A stretch of DNA of 64,000 nucleotides. Source: Ophelia neglecta. Taxonomy: Eukaryota. The notes below the pieces were generated by a model that did not search any database, had not been told where the DNA came from, and saw only the letters and a program-made list of their open reading frames with translations. Shown one piece after another: positions 39,496 to 55,068 of this stretch. Numbering within the stretch: position 1 is the first letter of the stretch; each line of letters opens with the position of its first letter. The position numbers were made by a program, and so were the translations under genes. The DNA lies in NCBI GenBank assembly GCA_965285935.1, contig OZ260662.1, positions 34,534,001 through 34,598,000 of the forward strand, in the 5' to 3' direction.

Positions 39496-42400
39496 AATTG
39501 TTTATCAAACTGTTTACAATAGACTGCTATAAAAATGATATAGATTATAAGACCCCCCCCCCCTCCCAGCAATTCAGTCTGATTTATATTTTAGCCACTT
39601 CAGCACATTATTCACAAGGTCAGTATACATACACACATACATATATGCTCCTAACAAATGAAACTGGTTTTTTAAGATATTATCTCTTGTTATTCTTGAT
39701 CCCTTTTATGTTTTGATGATTTTTTTTTGTGTAGGAAGGACTTGACAAAACTGATTTATATGCATTAAGTGTTGAATTGTCTGATAATGCCCTTGCTTGT
39801 TCATTAGTTGCTTGTCGTGAATGTTCTTGCATTTATGGAACAAATTTTGCCTCATTTTCCAGTGCTCAAACTCTCCTGAAGTGCGGAGGTTTTTTGTATT
39901 ATTCTCAAGAGACATGGCCCTAATCACAATTTTGCTTTCTCTTGAGAATTTCACCTGTGTCGCAGGTATATATATATATACACTATCAGGTATATTGACC
40001 CCTTCATGCATGGTGAAATGGTACAATATGATGTTGTTGGTCATTGAAAATAGGGTGCATGGCCACTTACACTTAAAACTGTTAATCTCTATCCCATATC
40101 AAGCAAAAAAGTGTCACTGTACTGTGTCAAGGAAAGTGGTGTATGTGCCACCTGTACTTACTGATACTCCCTGATCCCACATGTCAAGCGAAAAAAGGGC
40201 TCAACTTTTCCAAGTCAAGGAAGAAGGACATATGCACACTAAGGGCTGATAATTGCAGGTCACACAAGAAAAAAGATTTGTGACAGAAAAGAAGGGAATA
40301 TCATTTAATTATCTATGATGCATTTGCTAAAATATTTAGCAAACACATTTTCTGATGTTATATTTTTAGGTTGTCTCAATGACCAATCTCTTCCTTTTAG
40401 TAAAATCTATTTATTCTACAAAAAATATGCTGTTATGCCCCTTGCTCCTTGACTGGGTGTGCAGAGGAAGCCACATATATAAGATGGTCATGACCTGTGT
40501 GGTAAATCTTTTAATGGATAAGACACTTCTTAAATATGCTGCTTTTCAGATGAATAAAATGAAGCCATTGGTGAGATTTATTCTCGATGTGTAGCCAATT
40601 TAATAGATGCAGTTGAGATTATACCCACTGTAAGGGCTCTATATTGCCTAGCAGTTGAGATAATATTAAGATGAATAAAACAATTCAGAGAAAGGCCAGA
40701 GTGATTCCCAATTAAATAGGCTTTTGCTATTATTTATGTCTTATGGCAGACTGAATAAGTAAAAAGCAGTAATTTATATATTTTCCTATAAATTTTCCTA
40801 GCATTGACCCCGGCATTTGGTTCAGCCTCTGTCTGCACTGGGTGGCAAGTGCAAAAAGTATGGGTGTATAAAGGCTGTCCTCTATGATACATGATATTTT
40901 CATGACAAAATAAGCCTACCAGGTGCATGTAGTGCATGTCTAATAAAGATGTAGTACCCGCCCTTGTGCCTATAATCAAGTGGATCAGCTTTATCTACAA
41001 TTTGCTCCCTTTGAGCTTAATCTTTGGCATAAAAATGTTAAGTTTTACTCCTTGAGCCGAGGCTTTGGCATAAAAATTTAACTGTTACTGCCATTTGGCA
41101 TAATGTGGCAGAAAATGATGTCAAGATTGTTTTTTGTTCCAATTAACAATGTTAAAATAGGCACTTTAGACTGGTTCTTCTTTTCTCTGATATAACTGTC
41201 AGACTACCCGGCTGGAATCTCCCAGTATTCTTAGTTCCAAGAGGCCTTGACAGGTGAACACTGGTGAGAGTGAATTTTGCCTTTTCTGTGAACCACTTGG
41301 CACAGAATGTGTCTGGCATTTTTCAATAGTATAACTTGGGTGATGGAATAGGCAGCAATGCTGTATGTTAATTGCCACTGTCTTGAGGGGCCTTGCCTGA
41401 GCCAGACTGCTGGCTTGCCTAGTTGATGTCAATTTGTCATTAGAAAGGGTAGCTATTTTTGTACACATGTAGGCTGAGCCTTGGAGGACTTATTACAGGG
41501 GTCACTCAGGTTTTAGATGAGTCTATAAGTGTAAACCTCAAAACCAAGTGGACAATTATAGCTTTATTTTCTTGATTTTGTTTTTCAAAATGGTCTAGCT
41601 TCGGGAGTATTTTTAGTCGTCAATTCCATGGAAGAGTAATTGCAGGTTCGGGGCCCGAATCAAGCACCTCCTATCAGGCCCATATTTTGTAGTTTCAATG
41701 GGGACATTGGCCTCAGATGTGTAGCATCATGAGGCTGAACATTGGGGCTCTTAATAATAAAAGTATATAATATATCATAAAGTCATATCCCAGCAGACAC
41801 TGTCGTTATGCCAATTGCTGTGTCATGTCTGTAAGGGATTGTAATACTACTGTACTTATCCCGATACTTTTCCTGATAAATGTTAGCCATAAACTACTGA
41901 AATCATTAGCATTTTTGAATTTTTATTTTTGGGATCACTGGTAACCTGCAAACTACATTATATTCAATGTGTACACTTTTTGCAGAGTTCGTTCTTACAG
42001 TCTGTACTCCAGCTGTATGTTATTATATGACAAACTTTCATCATAGCAATTAATGAATAGCAACAAGGCGTGGTAAGATCAATGACCCAAGTAAATCGCA
42101 ATCCAGGGCCTATACTTTCTGTTTCAAGTAATAAATTACTTTGAAGTTTGACTTTTTTGGCTCAGTCTTAAGTCCACAGACATTATTATGGTCAACCTAG
42201 TCCAAAGTTAATCAATCAGTCAATAGCTTGAGCCATGAGAAGTTAGGGCAGTTTTCTTTAAACTTGACTTTGATTAAATGATAAGAGGTGCAAACAACAG
42301 GACAGCTCCATTTATGTGAAGCATCAGATGGTCCTTACTTAGGTGTTGAAAAATAGATCGCTGTTTTTGCTTGGACATTGTATTGTATCTGAAATCTTAT

Positions 42401-45400
42401 CCGGAACACCACACCACTTTGACAAACTATTTGCTATAGGATTATTTTTGGTAAGAAGTTTCATGAAGAATGGTTGTGAAAATGTACTGTTAGTAATGAA
42501 AATGTTAAAGTGAGTGATGTAATGATGTTAAGTTTTATTTCACAATGACATCATCTGAGTTCTAGTCTATTGCATGACTTCCTGTTCCTAGTCACTGTAC
42601 CTGAAGTACTTGCCTTAAAAGGGAGACTTGATTCAACAGACACTTCCGGTAAATATTCTATGGCTCTGTTTTTTTACAATAAAAGGGAGTTCCAAGTCAT
42701 TTTGTTTTTAAAACCTTTTTAGTATTACAGAATTGCAGATCATGACATGGCCATGCAATAAATTAATTTTAGCTTAATTCTCCTAAAATACATGTGAGAC
42801 AGTCCAGACACTGCAGGCTTCCTCTGGCTATATGATCAGGTAATTCTGGCTTAAAGATTGGCAGAAATGCCTAAAAGCAACCTAAACAGTATACACCCAA
42901 ACCTTCAGCGTTTGTTTGAAGCATATTGAAGTACATTGAACAGGGCCTTGGTGCAGGATGTCTCCATCATCAAGGAGCTGAAAGGTCAATAAATTCTACC
43001 TACAGCAGCAATTATCAAGAATTGCATCATAAGATTTTTTTCGTCTCACTGACAGACCCTTCTTCCAATTTAAAGCATGAATATTCGGTCAGACTTTTTG
43101 TTGATAATTTACAACTTACTTTAAGTGAGCAATTTGCGTATACTTGAAGATTAAGTTAAATTATAGCCATGGAAAACATTTGAATAATTTTTTCATGCAA
43201 TTTCCAGAAGTCTGAAGTTCATTTAAGAGACCTCTTATATTGTAGACTAAGCTCATGTTATTGCTATAACCTGGGGGTATGTCTCAATCTGGTCAAGATT
43301 CTAGTGGTAGGCAAGCATTTTATAAGTGATTGATTCATTGTGCTCAGAGCTGAAGGATCAACTTGACAATATTATTGAGAGTATGAGTTTGAAGCTGACA
43401 GGCACTTTGGAAAGAAAAAGGAGAAATTTTTGTTGTGCCTTTCACTTAGTTAATAAATCTTGTCAGGCTGACATGAAAAATAGTTTTCACGAAAATTGTA
43501 AAGGGATAAAACAAATTACTGTTAAGGCTTCTTGTAGAGAACATGCCTTCAGCTTACCTTCACAGACATCTTATCCATGTACGTACATGTACTTGTGTGG
43601 GTATCATGTGGTATTTGCCTGTACAAAACTTACAATGTAAAGTCTACAACTTCTTACCCCTGGCTCAATTTAGTTGACCATTACCCCCAACTGCTTAGAA
43701 GAACACACGAGGGAGATGCAAATTGCCTCCTTATCAGTCAGGCATCCCGACCCAGAGGCAGGGACCTTTTCAAACCACTTTAATACAGCAGTGGCTTGGC
43801 CAACAGAAGACATTTATCAGCCATACGGTTTTAAGTATGGTAAATTGTTTAGGAGGCAAGCTAAGACCTTGGTCATTAACTACTTTTGGTGGACAAACTG
43901 AAGTAATACAAATTTTTAGCACAATAGCACAAAAGGTATTAATAAAAGCAGAAAGACTGAAATTTACACTGAGAAAGCCATACATTACTTGTCATATAAT
44001 GGTTACCTATGGTGAAAAACAGATTGCATTGAACATAGCAATGCCAAACAATTAGAGTGATATCTCAGAGCTTATGTAATGTCTTTGTATGAGTAGTTAG
44101 GCTTCAAAGGGTATTTGGAACAAAGCAAATTATGCACTGCAATACCTATGGCATAGACAGACTTGACCTTGTCCTATGTTTCAAGGACAATCCACTAACA
44201 ATATTGAAAACAGCCTAAATTAAAGGGAAAGAACTACATTGCAAAGCCTATTCGGTACCATATTTTTTTGCTGGTTATCAAGATTTCAGATTTTTCCTTG
44301 TTGTTTGTATCAGGGTCAAATATTTGATTTAAGCTTTCAAATTGACAGAAATTGGTAGTTTTGAGGTTGAAAACATGTGAGACCCCAGGGAATGGCATAC
44401 CAAGTCATTTTATAAAATTCTCAAAATTGACCATGGCGTACATTTTCAAGGTCAAATCACTGATTTCATCTTCAGATTAATTTTCCGATTTTCTTTCAGC
44501 AGCTAAAGCAAAGAACTGCATTGGTGACCTATAGGAAATGGCATGCTGGGCAGCTTGTCAAATTCTCCGATGTCTTTCCCTAGTTTTTACTTCAAAAGCT
44601 TCAGATGTGAGCCTTCTGACAAACATGTCTATTATCCCTTTTAATAGCTGGGGGGCATTTGTTTCTAAATGTTCAAGGAGAGTTATAAATCCCCCCCCCC
44701 CCCCAAAAAAATGGTCATGGATTACTTAATAGATGTTATTCAACAAGGGCTAATAATTTTCAAATTTTTTCCTGCACATAACATATAAAATGCAGTAAGC
44801 ATGTTGTCATTGAAACAATAATATTTTGATAATAGGACCAGGCACCAAACCCAATGCTATGGAATTTACTCTTTCTGTGTCCCTCAGGTCAGCTCTAGTT
44901 AATCTGTGGTTTTAAAGATTAGATTAGCTGGGACATGATCATGACAAATAGCCAATATCAACCAGATACTTAGGCTTGCTGACTGTGGAACAGCTCCTTA
45001 TACTGTCTCCATTGGCTGAGATGAACAATGATAGACCCCAATTCAGGTTCATTAAACTGTAGGTAAATTATGACCAAAAGATATGTCATAGATTTGATCA
45101 TTTGTGTGAAGCGCATAGCGGATATGTGTCAAACTGATAATCGGGTCAAATGGTTAAATATATTTGACATGTACCAAGTGGTACAATATGGTACAGACAA
45201 TTTGTATGCGTAGGATAATGTGATGTTGTTTTAAATTGTCACATTGGTACTAAATAACAGTGTTAATTATCAAGTTGTCATTAAAAAACTCAAACTGACA
45301 AGAGAAATATATGTACATGTACATGTATTTGTTGCTAGAGTTTCAGACCCTAACTGACAAAAAGTTGACTATTCATTATTTAGTATGTAAAAAAGATGTA

Positions 45401-48400
45401 AAATCAAGTCAGTTCGTGACAAGCACAATGTACAACTAAGTCTGATCTGTGTTCTGGAAGCTCAAAGAATGTACAGTGATTAATACTTTTCAATACTCAG
45501 CTGATAATGGATAAATGTGATCATCTATTTACCCACATTTTACAACTTTAAAACATACAACACACATATATTTAACTGATAAGGCATGGCCAAATCAAAG
45601 CGACTTTTTTCATATACGTTTGTTATATGTGCCACCTTGTTCTTAAAAGCAAAACTATACCAACTAAAACTCGAAATGGGTTTACAAGTATTTAAATACC
45701 TTTCTTAATTGTCCCCATTTTCACAGCTCCTCCTGTTTTTATGTCTAGGCATTCATACTTCCTGCAGTATATAGCTGTTGAAGATATTATTTAAAGCAAA
45801 TTAATGATTCTGTGACATAAGTTCAAAAATGTTTTAAATAAAATTTTATACTGTTGAGGGTTTGATGAGCTAAAATGAAAAAAATCTCTCAAACACATTA
45901 TCCTGACAACAATTGTATAATTTGACTAAAACTAAATGTTTCTGTCTTCTAATTTACATCTAGCGAGCAAATTTGAATTATAAACTTTCGAAAAAAAGGG
46001 GGCATTCCTTTCTTTGAACAAATGTTGTGTTTCTAACCAATTCACATATATTTGTCTTCACTGCAGTAATATTCAAAATCTAAACAGTTGTGCCTTAATT
46101 CAAAAACATATTACTGTAATTAAACAATGGGTATGAATCTGGCAGTTTTATCAAAATTATGCCAACCTTTGCAGCAATATAATTCATACAATATATTTGT
46201 GATGCAAATAGACTTGTGATGATTTCATGGATTTATGGATTTGTTAAGTATTTGCACTCAATATTATAAGACTGGTATTAAATATCAGACTATTTGATTT
46301 CCTACTGTGCATACAAATATGTTACTTGAATAAATTCCTTCTGCTGTCAGTGACCAGCATAGTATTATATTTGTGGGATATTGGGAGAGTAAATCCTGGG
46401 AGTGTGTTCAGTGTCATGAGGGTCAGCCATGACTGTCAGGTCACCTCAGGGGCCCTACGCTTCACTTGTATATTCACTTGGTAACAGGTACACATATCTT
46501 CACAGGGGCATCATAGAAATCTCAAATTAAAGTCATATTTAGATTTAAGACTCCCGCTGAGTTCAGTTCAGGTCAGGAGTCCTAAGATCAACTCAATGGC
46601 ATCACAGCCCAGTTCATTGAAAATCAGGGGCTTACTCATGGAATTTACTTACCGCAAAACACTTTTTGAGAAAACTTGAATATTCTCTTCAAATTAACAT
46701 ACTATTTGATCAGTGAAAGTTCCATCATTATTACTATAAATTTGATACCTTACATTTCAATTTTTACCAATTAAAAATCATTATCCATTGCTGTTTTTTC
46801 AAAATATTTGCCAACTAATAGAAAATTCCCTATTGTGCTTTAAGTAATTGTTATACAGTGCATATTTTTAAAGGTTCTTGTAGCAAAGAAAAAGACATTT
46901 CAACTAAATTGTGCATAAATTTGAGCATTTTTCACATTGGCCAATGTATCAATGTTTGAATGCAAATAGATTAAGTGACGGTGTATCCGTCTTTTACAAA
47001 GAATAACATTGATATAGGCTCAGCTGTTTCAATGTTGCTATTATTCTCTGACATATAATACATCATGCTCTGTTTAGTTTATTCCTACTCTTCTCCAAGT
47101 TAAGTTTTCTGATAATAAAACATTTAGAAGTGAGAGGTAAAATGATCTGGTTTATACATTAAAAAGCCCATAGTGACTATCAATGAGGCAGTTTTTTTAA
47201 ACGGTGTATTCTTTACATCAATCCATCAAAGACTTGTCACTCATTGCACGGAGTGATCTTTAGATCTGGCTAGTAAGGGGGCTTTAATAAAAGTAACATT
47301 ATTGTGTATCTGAGGGGGCTATATCTGCCAACAATGATGCTCACCCTGCACACAATATATCACCATTGCTATAAACATGATAAAGATAGCCAATGGCAAT
47401 TTTGAGTGAAGTCTTCATGAGCAATTACCTTAAGAAAAAAGTCTTGAAGCAGCCAGCGGGGAGACCTTGAACTGTTAGTCATATTTGATTGATGTGCAAT
47501 GATTGAGTGAAAAAATAGGGTATTAAAAGATTTTTTTCTTCATAAATGCCCTCTTTTAGTGCCATTTAAAGGTTTTTTGGGGGAAAGGAGTATTATATGG
47601 CATTTCATCTTGGCCAGGGTCACAAGTATACAATGGATTGGGAGGTCTTCCTTATGACAAATGGCTATAAAGGCTTCATACAAGAATTCTTTTATTCAGA
47701 GATGGTGCTTCTAACACACTCCTACATGTAGATATACTCACAGAGGATTTTATCTACTAGACAACGCAGGCTGTAGTGGGAGAAATCCAAAATTTCAGCT
47801 AAGTCATCAAGTCCTGCCAAAACCTTACTTTGCTTGGAAAGTATGGTATAAATCACTAACCATTGTAAATCACATCAGTTCTGGTGAAGTTTAATTTATT
47901 CAGTCATAAAACAAGGCATGCAAACTCAACCCTGTGGCTCTCAAGTTATCTCATTCTAGTACTCAACAAGCCGAATTCTATTATTTTTTAATTTTCCAGG
48001 GAAATGCCAAAGTGATGCCTTGATACTTCATTTGATTACTAATGATACTTTGATACTTCATTTGATCTGCAATTATCAGAGCCAGAAAAAGTTTTATCAC
48101 ATGACCTACATGTGTGTCTTCCTGTTTACACTCAATTTTTCTTAAAAAGGAGCATAAAAAAAGAAGTTGCCTGGATCAGGTCTTTCACAAAACATTAAAA
48201 CAGGAAACTTGGATGTCCGTGTGGCCTGCAATCAAACCCGACAGGCCCACCAGCAATCCTGACTCAAATACCAAGGAAAACCATAATGTGGAGTATTTAG
48301 CTTGTGAACATTCTCTTCACCCAATCATCCCTAGCCTCCCAAATTGTGCATCAAGTTGGTTTGCTTGTCCAGAAAAAAAAACATTGGATCTTGTGATTAG

Positions 48401-49597
48401 GAGAAGGGCAGCTAGATCTTGTAATTAATAGGTTTTGTTATTTCACATGATTTCGTACCCGGTACATGAAAATATCATACAATGTCACACAGCAAAAATT
48501 AAAAGAATCATTGGGGCTCTGTTCGGAGTCTTGCCAGCTTCACAAGCATTAAATACCTTGAGTTTTTAACTGATTTTTATAAAGACAGCCTGCCTTGTGT
48601 TCTTCATACCAAATTGAAGTTCTTGAAGTACACATGGTGACACAGTCCTTAGATAAGTAGTTACAAATACTACATTAAAACCAGATAACAAGCATTTCTC
48701 TTAATTTCATTTTATAAACCTCCTGGATGTGGCCTAAGGGGAAAACATTAATATGGCTTGTTTACAATGTTTTGCTCTTTTGGAAGCAAGTTAACTTTTA
48801 TTAACATGTGAAGGCATTATTTTCAAAAGGTTCCAACATTTGTTGTTTTAAAATAATATGAACAACATGTAGTCCAGCCACTTTGATGGGATATATTCCC
48901 ATGTTGGTCTGCCTGCCAATATGGTAGGTCTTCACCTCACTGTAATTCATAATGACAAATATATGGGGGGAGCTGCTTATCCTGGTAAGCATATAACTAT
49001 AGACAAACAAACACGGTGGAGTGGTCCCTGAAATGGATACCCAGCTAAGCTATTTAACAAGATAAACTACAAATTACCAGTGAAAGTTAGGGCTAGTAAG
49101 CCAAGCTGGAATTTACCTGCACAGGCCATCTCAGATGAGAGAAATGAATGACAGTATATTGCCCTAGCTGTCAGCACTGGAACCATCAGTTCAAGCAGTT
49201 GTTCCAACACATAATCCCAGATCAGAGGTGTCAGTCTGTCAGAGCTACAAGACCAAGTGCTAGAAGCTCCGGCCAGGGCAGAAGCTGCCAAAAACAGTTA
49301 ACGTTAACAATCAAAATGATAAACAGATAAATAAACACACCTTGAAACACTAGGAAATGTGCAATTTATATGTGCAAACAAACCCAAAAAGCCCTGCATT
49401 TCATCTTATTCATAGGCTTTTCTTTTACTTTAAATAAGAAAGTACTGAGAAGAACAACAAATAAGAGTCACCTCTTGTAGCCCACAAATTTCTAGTACGA
49501 AGTACAGAGATACCTAGGCAGGAGGGGAAAGAATTAGGAGCCTAGTCAAAGCTCAGTCACCCTGGGGGCGAGAAAGGTACTAAACCCTTCCTTTTGA

Positions 49598-49891
<294 letters not shown>

Positions 49892-50578
49892 TAACAACAT
49901 TGCAGCAGATATTTTTCCCATGAACCATGCTTATGCCTCTAACAGTTTGGGTTGGGCAGCCAGTGTACTTGTTAAGGGCAGATTAGTTCAGTATTTCATT
50001 TCACTTACTATAGAATATCTTTATTGTGTTTACTTTAGTAGATAACTATAAATGACATATGTCTTGCTCAATTGATTTTCATTAACATTTACTAGAGGTT
50101 TGTTAATTCAAACATGAGGTTAATGTGCATGATTTCCAGGAGAGTTCTATGGTTAATGGGACACCCTGTCCTGCTTTAAAGTCTGCTCAGAACAATAGAT
50201 TGGCTATATTCACAGCATGTCTTAATATAACTTTATAGTGAACAATTTGTAGCATCAAAAGTAACCTATTAATCAGCCCCATGGTCCCCAAATGACAATC
50301 AACAACATAGCAGGCCCACAACCATTCATGTTATCCTGGACATGCAATTATGCTATTGTAATTTGTTCAGGATTTCTTTAATAATGCAAACTCCAAATGA
50401 CTGAAAACCTGTTTACTGGCACAATTACAATGATGAATGCACATGAGACAGATGCAAACCTTCATATCAACAACTTGGCAAATTTCATGTGACCATTAGT
50501 CTTGTTGCCAGTGCAAAGTCACCCATTAAAAACAGCATTAGATTTATTCATTTTTTCATTTCAACAACATTTTCATAG

Positions 50579-50701
50579 ACATTGATGAATGTAACAACCA
50601 CAATGGAGGATGCCAATATAGATGTGAAAATCTGCATGGAGGGTTCAGATGCGAGTGCCCCATGGGACAAAATTTGCACACTGATGGAAGAACATGTATT
50701 C
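50579..50701 (+). CDS. MEGF6: MEGF6-like exon C: cbEGF DIDECNNHNGGCQYRCENLHGGFRCECPMGQNLHTDGRTCI
   Basis: ttttcatag acceptor, C|gtaagt donor, 123 nt; resembles human MEGF6 HNGGCQHRC...LHTDSRTC (recalled). Confidence 0.96.
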
Positions 50702-52977
50702 GTAAGTATGGGCATGCAGTCCTTGTACAGACAAACCAATTGTATATATATATATTTTGAAGTTAGTTATACAGTTACAAAGAGATCAACATACATGGTA
50801 GTGTTCTAAAGTGGGATATTTCCTTTTTTTTATATACAGGTACAAATAAATTGATGTACACATAACAAGTTGTATATATTTAATACCTTCTGCAGTCAGT
50901 GTTTCTTCGTCAAAGACTCCTGTAGAGCATGTGACATTGGTACACATAAGGCAGTGCTGAGCAGACGACAAGGCTATCAAAGCTTCAAATAAAAGACCCA
51001 AAAAGCTTTGAAATTCCTTTCTACTGTTATAAAGTTTTCTGTACAGCTTCAATTCATTAGAAATCCATCAATTTTATGATAATTCTCAAAGTGACGACAA
51101 CTATTTGTATTGAGCCCATATGAAACAAATAAGACAGAACAGCAGCCTGTTCATCGCAAAATCTCAAAAGAATGCCATAAACTCACTGAAATGAACAAAT
51201 TGGCAAGCAACAGGATAAACAAGACCTGTATTATGCTCAAAAGGGTAATTGGAGCAACCAAATAAAGGATGGAGGAGAGGAAGGTTTTGGGGAGCATATT
51301 TTTTATATCAAATAACTGCCAAAATTGGTAGAAAGTAGACTGGAATAGGAAGACATTCTCATATCTCTCAATGTAGAAAATTGAAATTTGATAACTCCAA
51401 GAGCTAAGATAGTGATATAGAGTCTATAAAGCAATGTACATTTATTTTGATGTAAACAGCTTTGTTTCTGTTATAATGGAAAACAGAGAGTGTGATTTAG
51501 GTTAGTCCACGAAGATGGATAGATCTGTTGATAGATAACATATCCACAGGAAAAAAACTCTAATTTTCATTTGTATTTGATAAATCACAGATGAAGCCCA
51601 TCATATAAAATATGGCCCAGTTTATCTCAAATGGTCACGTTCACCCGTGGTGGCAACTTTCACGTCGACAGAAGGGCTGGCTTTGTAATAATTCAAGACA
51701 CATTTGACTAAGGTTGTGGGGTCAAAATGTTGGAAAATCAGTTTGGGCTCTCCTTGCCTTAAAACAGAGGATAACAAGACATTACCCACAGTCACTGTGA
51801 TTGTGTAGATGTATATTATTTCCTAATTTTCCTGATTTGGATTACTGGTCTAATAATCTGGGAGCACTGGTGATACTGATCCTATTAGTTCTGAAACTGT
51901 TGGTACCATCACAACATAACAACTTCAGTGTGAAGCTCTCCGATCTCATCACAGTCATAATTAATATTCAGTAGAGGTGATATTAATATACTATGGAAGG
52001 GAACTGATATGAAGTGTCAAATGCCCATTAGTGTTATGACATATGAAGAAAGCTACCATAGCACATTAGTTGGCTAAGACCATTCCAACTGTCCTCTATC
52101 ACCCCTGGCAACAGTTACATTACTATCTGCTGCTTAGTTAAAAAAAATACAGTTACCTGGTATTCAATAAATCTACATTAACATTGCTAGTCAAACTTGT
52201 GCCAATTGTATCACGTACAAGGAATGATTTAAGCAGGACCCAGCAATTAGACATTCAGTCATACATGTTAGTGTTTAAAGGGGCACAGTGAAAACATATT
52301 GCTTACTACTTCCCACAGCTGGCCATGGAAATGCAAGTTTTTAGTGAGTTGATTTTGTTACTACTAGCCTGTGCCAATATATATATATATATATATATTC
52401 TCACCTTCATATTTCATTTTTTATCATACTTAAATCATTGTCTCACAAAACATTTGATATTGGAATGAAGATGTTATTTTACACTGTTAATTCCCATAAT
52501 ATTGTTTAGGGTAACAGACTGCCATCACAATTTCTTGCCTGAAACAAATTCCTGGCTGAAATCAGGAAGCTTGACTAACGCTCATGTATTACGAGTGCTT
52601 GCTTTTGTGTATGTTTTTTATCGATGACGATTATAACATTGTTGATGTTTTAACTAACACTGTTTCAATGTTACAGCAATGAAACTTCATGTGTATATAT
52701 ATATTTGTTTACGTCTGTATATAAAGTCGACTTCTACTTGTACAAATTAGGTAAATGTATGTGTCTCATTTATGTAAATTCTATCAGACTTGTGTGTAAC
52801 ATCTCTTAAATAATTAACACAAAGTGATGTAATTAATATCCCCTGTTAATGATTAATTCATTATGTGTCTCAGTTAATTAACATAATATACATGTAAATG
52901 TACTTGTGCTATTCTTGGCTAAGAGAGCATGTAATGTGTTTGGTATTATTTATATTTTATTATGTATTTGCTCACAG

Positions 52978-52992
52978 GTGAAAACAAGACTG
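52978..52992 (+). CDS. Candidate 15-nt microexon, (R)ENKT
   Basis: tatttgctcacag acceptor, CTG|gtgggt donor, phase 1-1, no stop. Confidence 0.4.
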
Positions 52993-55068
52993 GTGGGTAT
53001 TGTCCAGAATTCAGAATTATTAATCCCCCTTTAGAATCCTCTTTAAACTCCTAGTTGGTTCATAATATGAGAGAGCAAAATAGACATTTTGTATGTGTTT
53101 TCCTATAGAGACGTGATGTTTTGTAGAACCTCGTCCAGCTTATAGAAGCCATTTGGTTACACATATAAATGACTATTTTGAACACAGATTTCCAGATAAG
53201 TTGGTGGAAATGGGAAATTTTCTCTTAACAATCTGGCACTGCACTTGTGTATATTTGTGATGTGTCTTCTTTATTTATCAGCATATCCCCAGTCATAGCA
53301 TGGTGACTGTTGTCTTATAGATCAATAGATTTTTTTTACCATTGGGTTAAGACAAATTGGGAGACTGCACTAAGGGCTAACACATTCAATAGTGTGTAGA
53401 AGGATGCTGCATTTTTTGCTGCCTCCCTGACCCCCTATTGCCATTTTATTTGATCAGTATGAAGGATAACATTGTTTTCTATAAACAAACTATTTTGGCC
53501 CCATTCTTTACACCAGAATATATTTTCGGAGTTTGTTCTTTTAGCTAGTTAAATAGTTAAATGAATTAAACCAAAAATAACTATTTGGTTGTGGTATTTA
53601 TAATTCATGTAGAATGTTGATTGCATGTTCACTGTCTATACACTGTATGTACTGTACATGTCCATCTGATCAACTTATCTTTAAGATGCTCACACAGCAA
53701 TTAAAGAATAACCAATTGTTACATTTTTTCTTTTATTAATATTAACACTGACACCCCCGATTGGGGCTACTCTTACCTATTAAGCTTTCACAATAGCTGC
53801 AATCCATGAAAAGAATTGTGCACGGTCATTCTAAACAAATAACAGCATATGATGTGCAGGATCAAACATGATTATTATAGTCTAAAAAAGCTTTATTTTA
53901 ATAACCTACAAATATGTCTGGAGGGGGAAGTAGGGATGTCTGTAGAAAAAAAAATACAGTTAACTCATGAAAGACATATGCAACATAATCAGTATAAGAA
54001 AGTACATGGTATAGAATTAGGGTGGTTCTCTCAGGGTTGATACAATATTCCTACTCACTATATTCAGTACCAAGTTATATAATAACCATTGTATCCACAG
54101 GCGGTCTTTACAAACTTTAGGGGTTGTACAGATCAAGGTGATGGGAGTGACTGACAGCTGTCAATAAAGCCACGACACAACAGATGTCAAATCATCAAAA
54201 AGCAAACTTTTTTGCCACCCCAAAACTTGTAAAGACAGCCTATGATTGTACCCCAGTGTACCCACCTCAAATGCGCATGTATATAAACCATCAACAGTAA
54301 CTCTAGGCACAAAACAGTTACCAGCATCCATACAACATTGGTAATAGGACATGCTAGTGAAGTCGTCAGTGTATTAATTCATTTGTAACTCATTAAAACA
54401 CAACCCTACAATAGCCTTTCAGTTAAAGGGTCACCATGGAAAATCACAGACATAATAACTGAGTAATATTTCTTGATATCCAATATGATATTTTTCTTCA
54501 TGTTTCGTGTTGTTACTGTTTTAGCTATGCCAGCTGATGTTGTGTTTTTGTACAGTGTTTTCTTGACAAGCCAGGCTCCACATGAGCATGAATATGTTAC
54601 AATGAGTTACAATGTAAAACACATTCACTTGTCTGACCTATTAACTCTTGTCAACACTCAATATCTATAACTTACAGGGATTCTGTTACAAGCAAGCAGC
54701 CAGGGAAATAGTTAATTAAGTTTTTTGTATTATGTGTAACATTTGATACATAAAGAGGGAAACAATGTAAGCCAATAAATTGCAGGCATGCGAAGCAATC
54801 TTTGTAGGAGTTACTAATGATGGTTGATATACACTGTCCATGTACTTTGTCTCACTATTAAATACATTGATATTTATGCATCTATTAATTAAATAGACAC
54901 CCTATAAAGTTCTGCATGGCTTGATAAGATAGACATTAAATACAAATTTTCTTTCTTCTTTTATTTATAATTAAATCTTCATTTTCCCTACTTCTTCTCA
55001 ATCAACAGTGTTGCTATCTTGTGTCTCAGAGGTACTTGTACTTCTGCAATATACAACGTCAGTTTCAC

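Noticed and set aside
39208-39572. ORFs with YI/YT/YV runs
   Set aside because: Translation of the (ACATAT)n microsatellite.
52677-52750. Acceptor with ACTAAC branch motif (ttacag at 52671-52676)
   Set aside because: No good frame-preserving donor; the best donor (52751) follows an in-frame TAG.
55009-55031. 23-nt exon-like segment before exon D
   Set aside because: Frameshifting length and weak gtactt donor.
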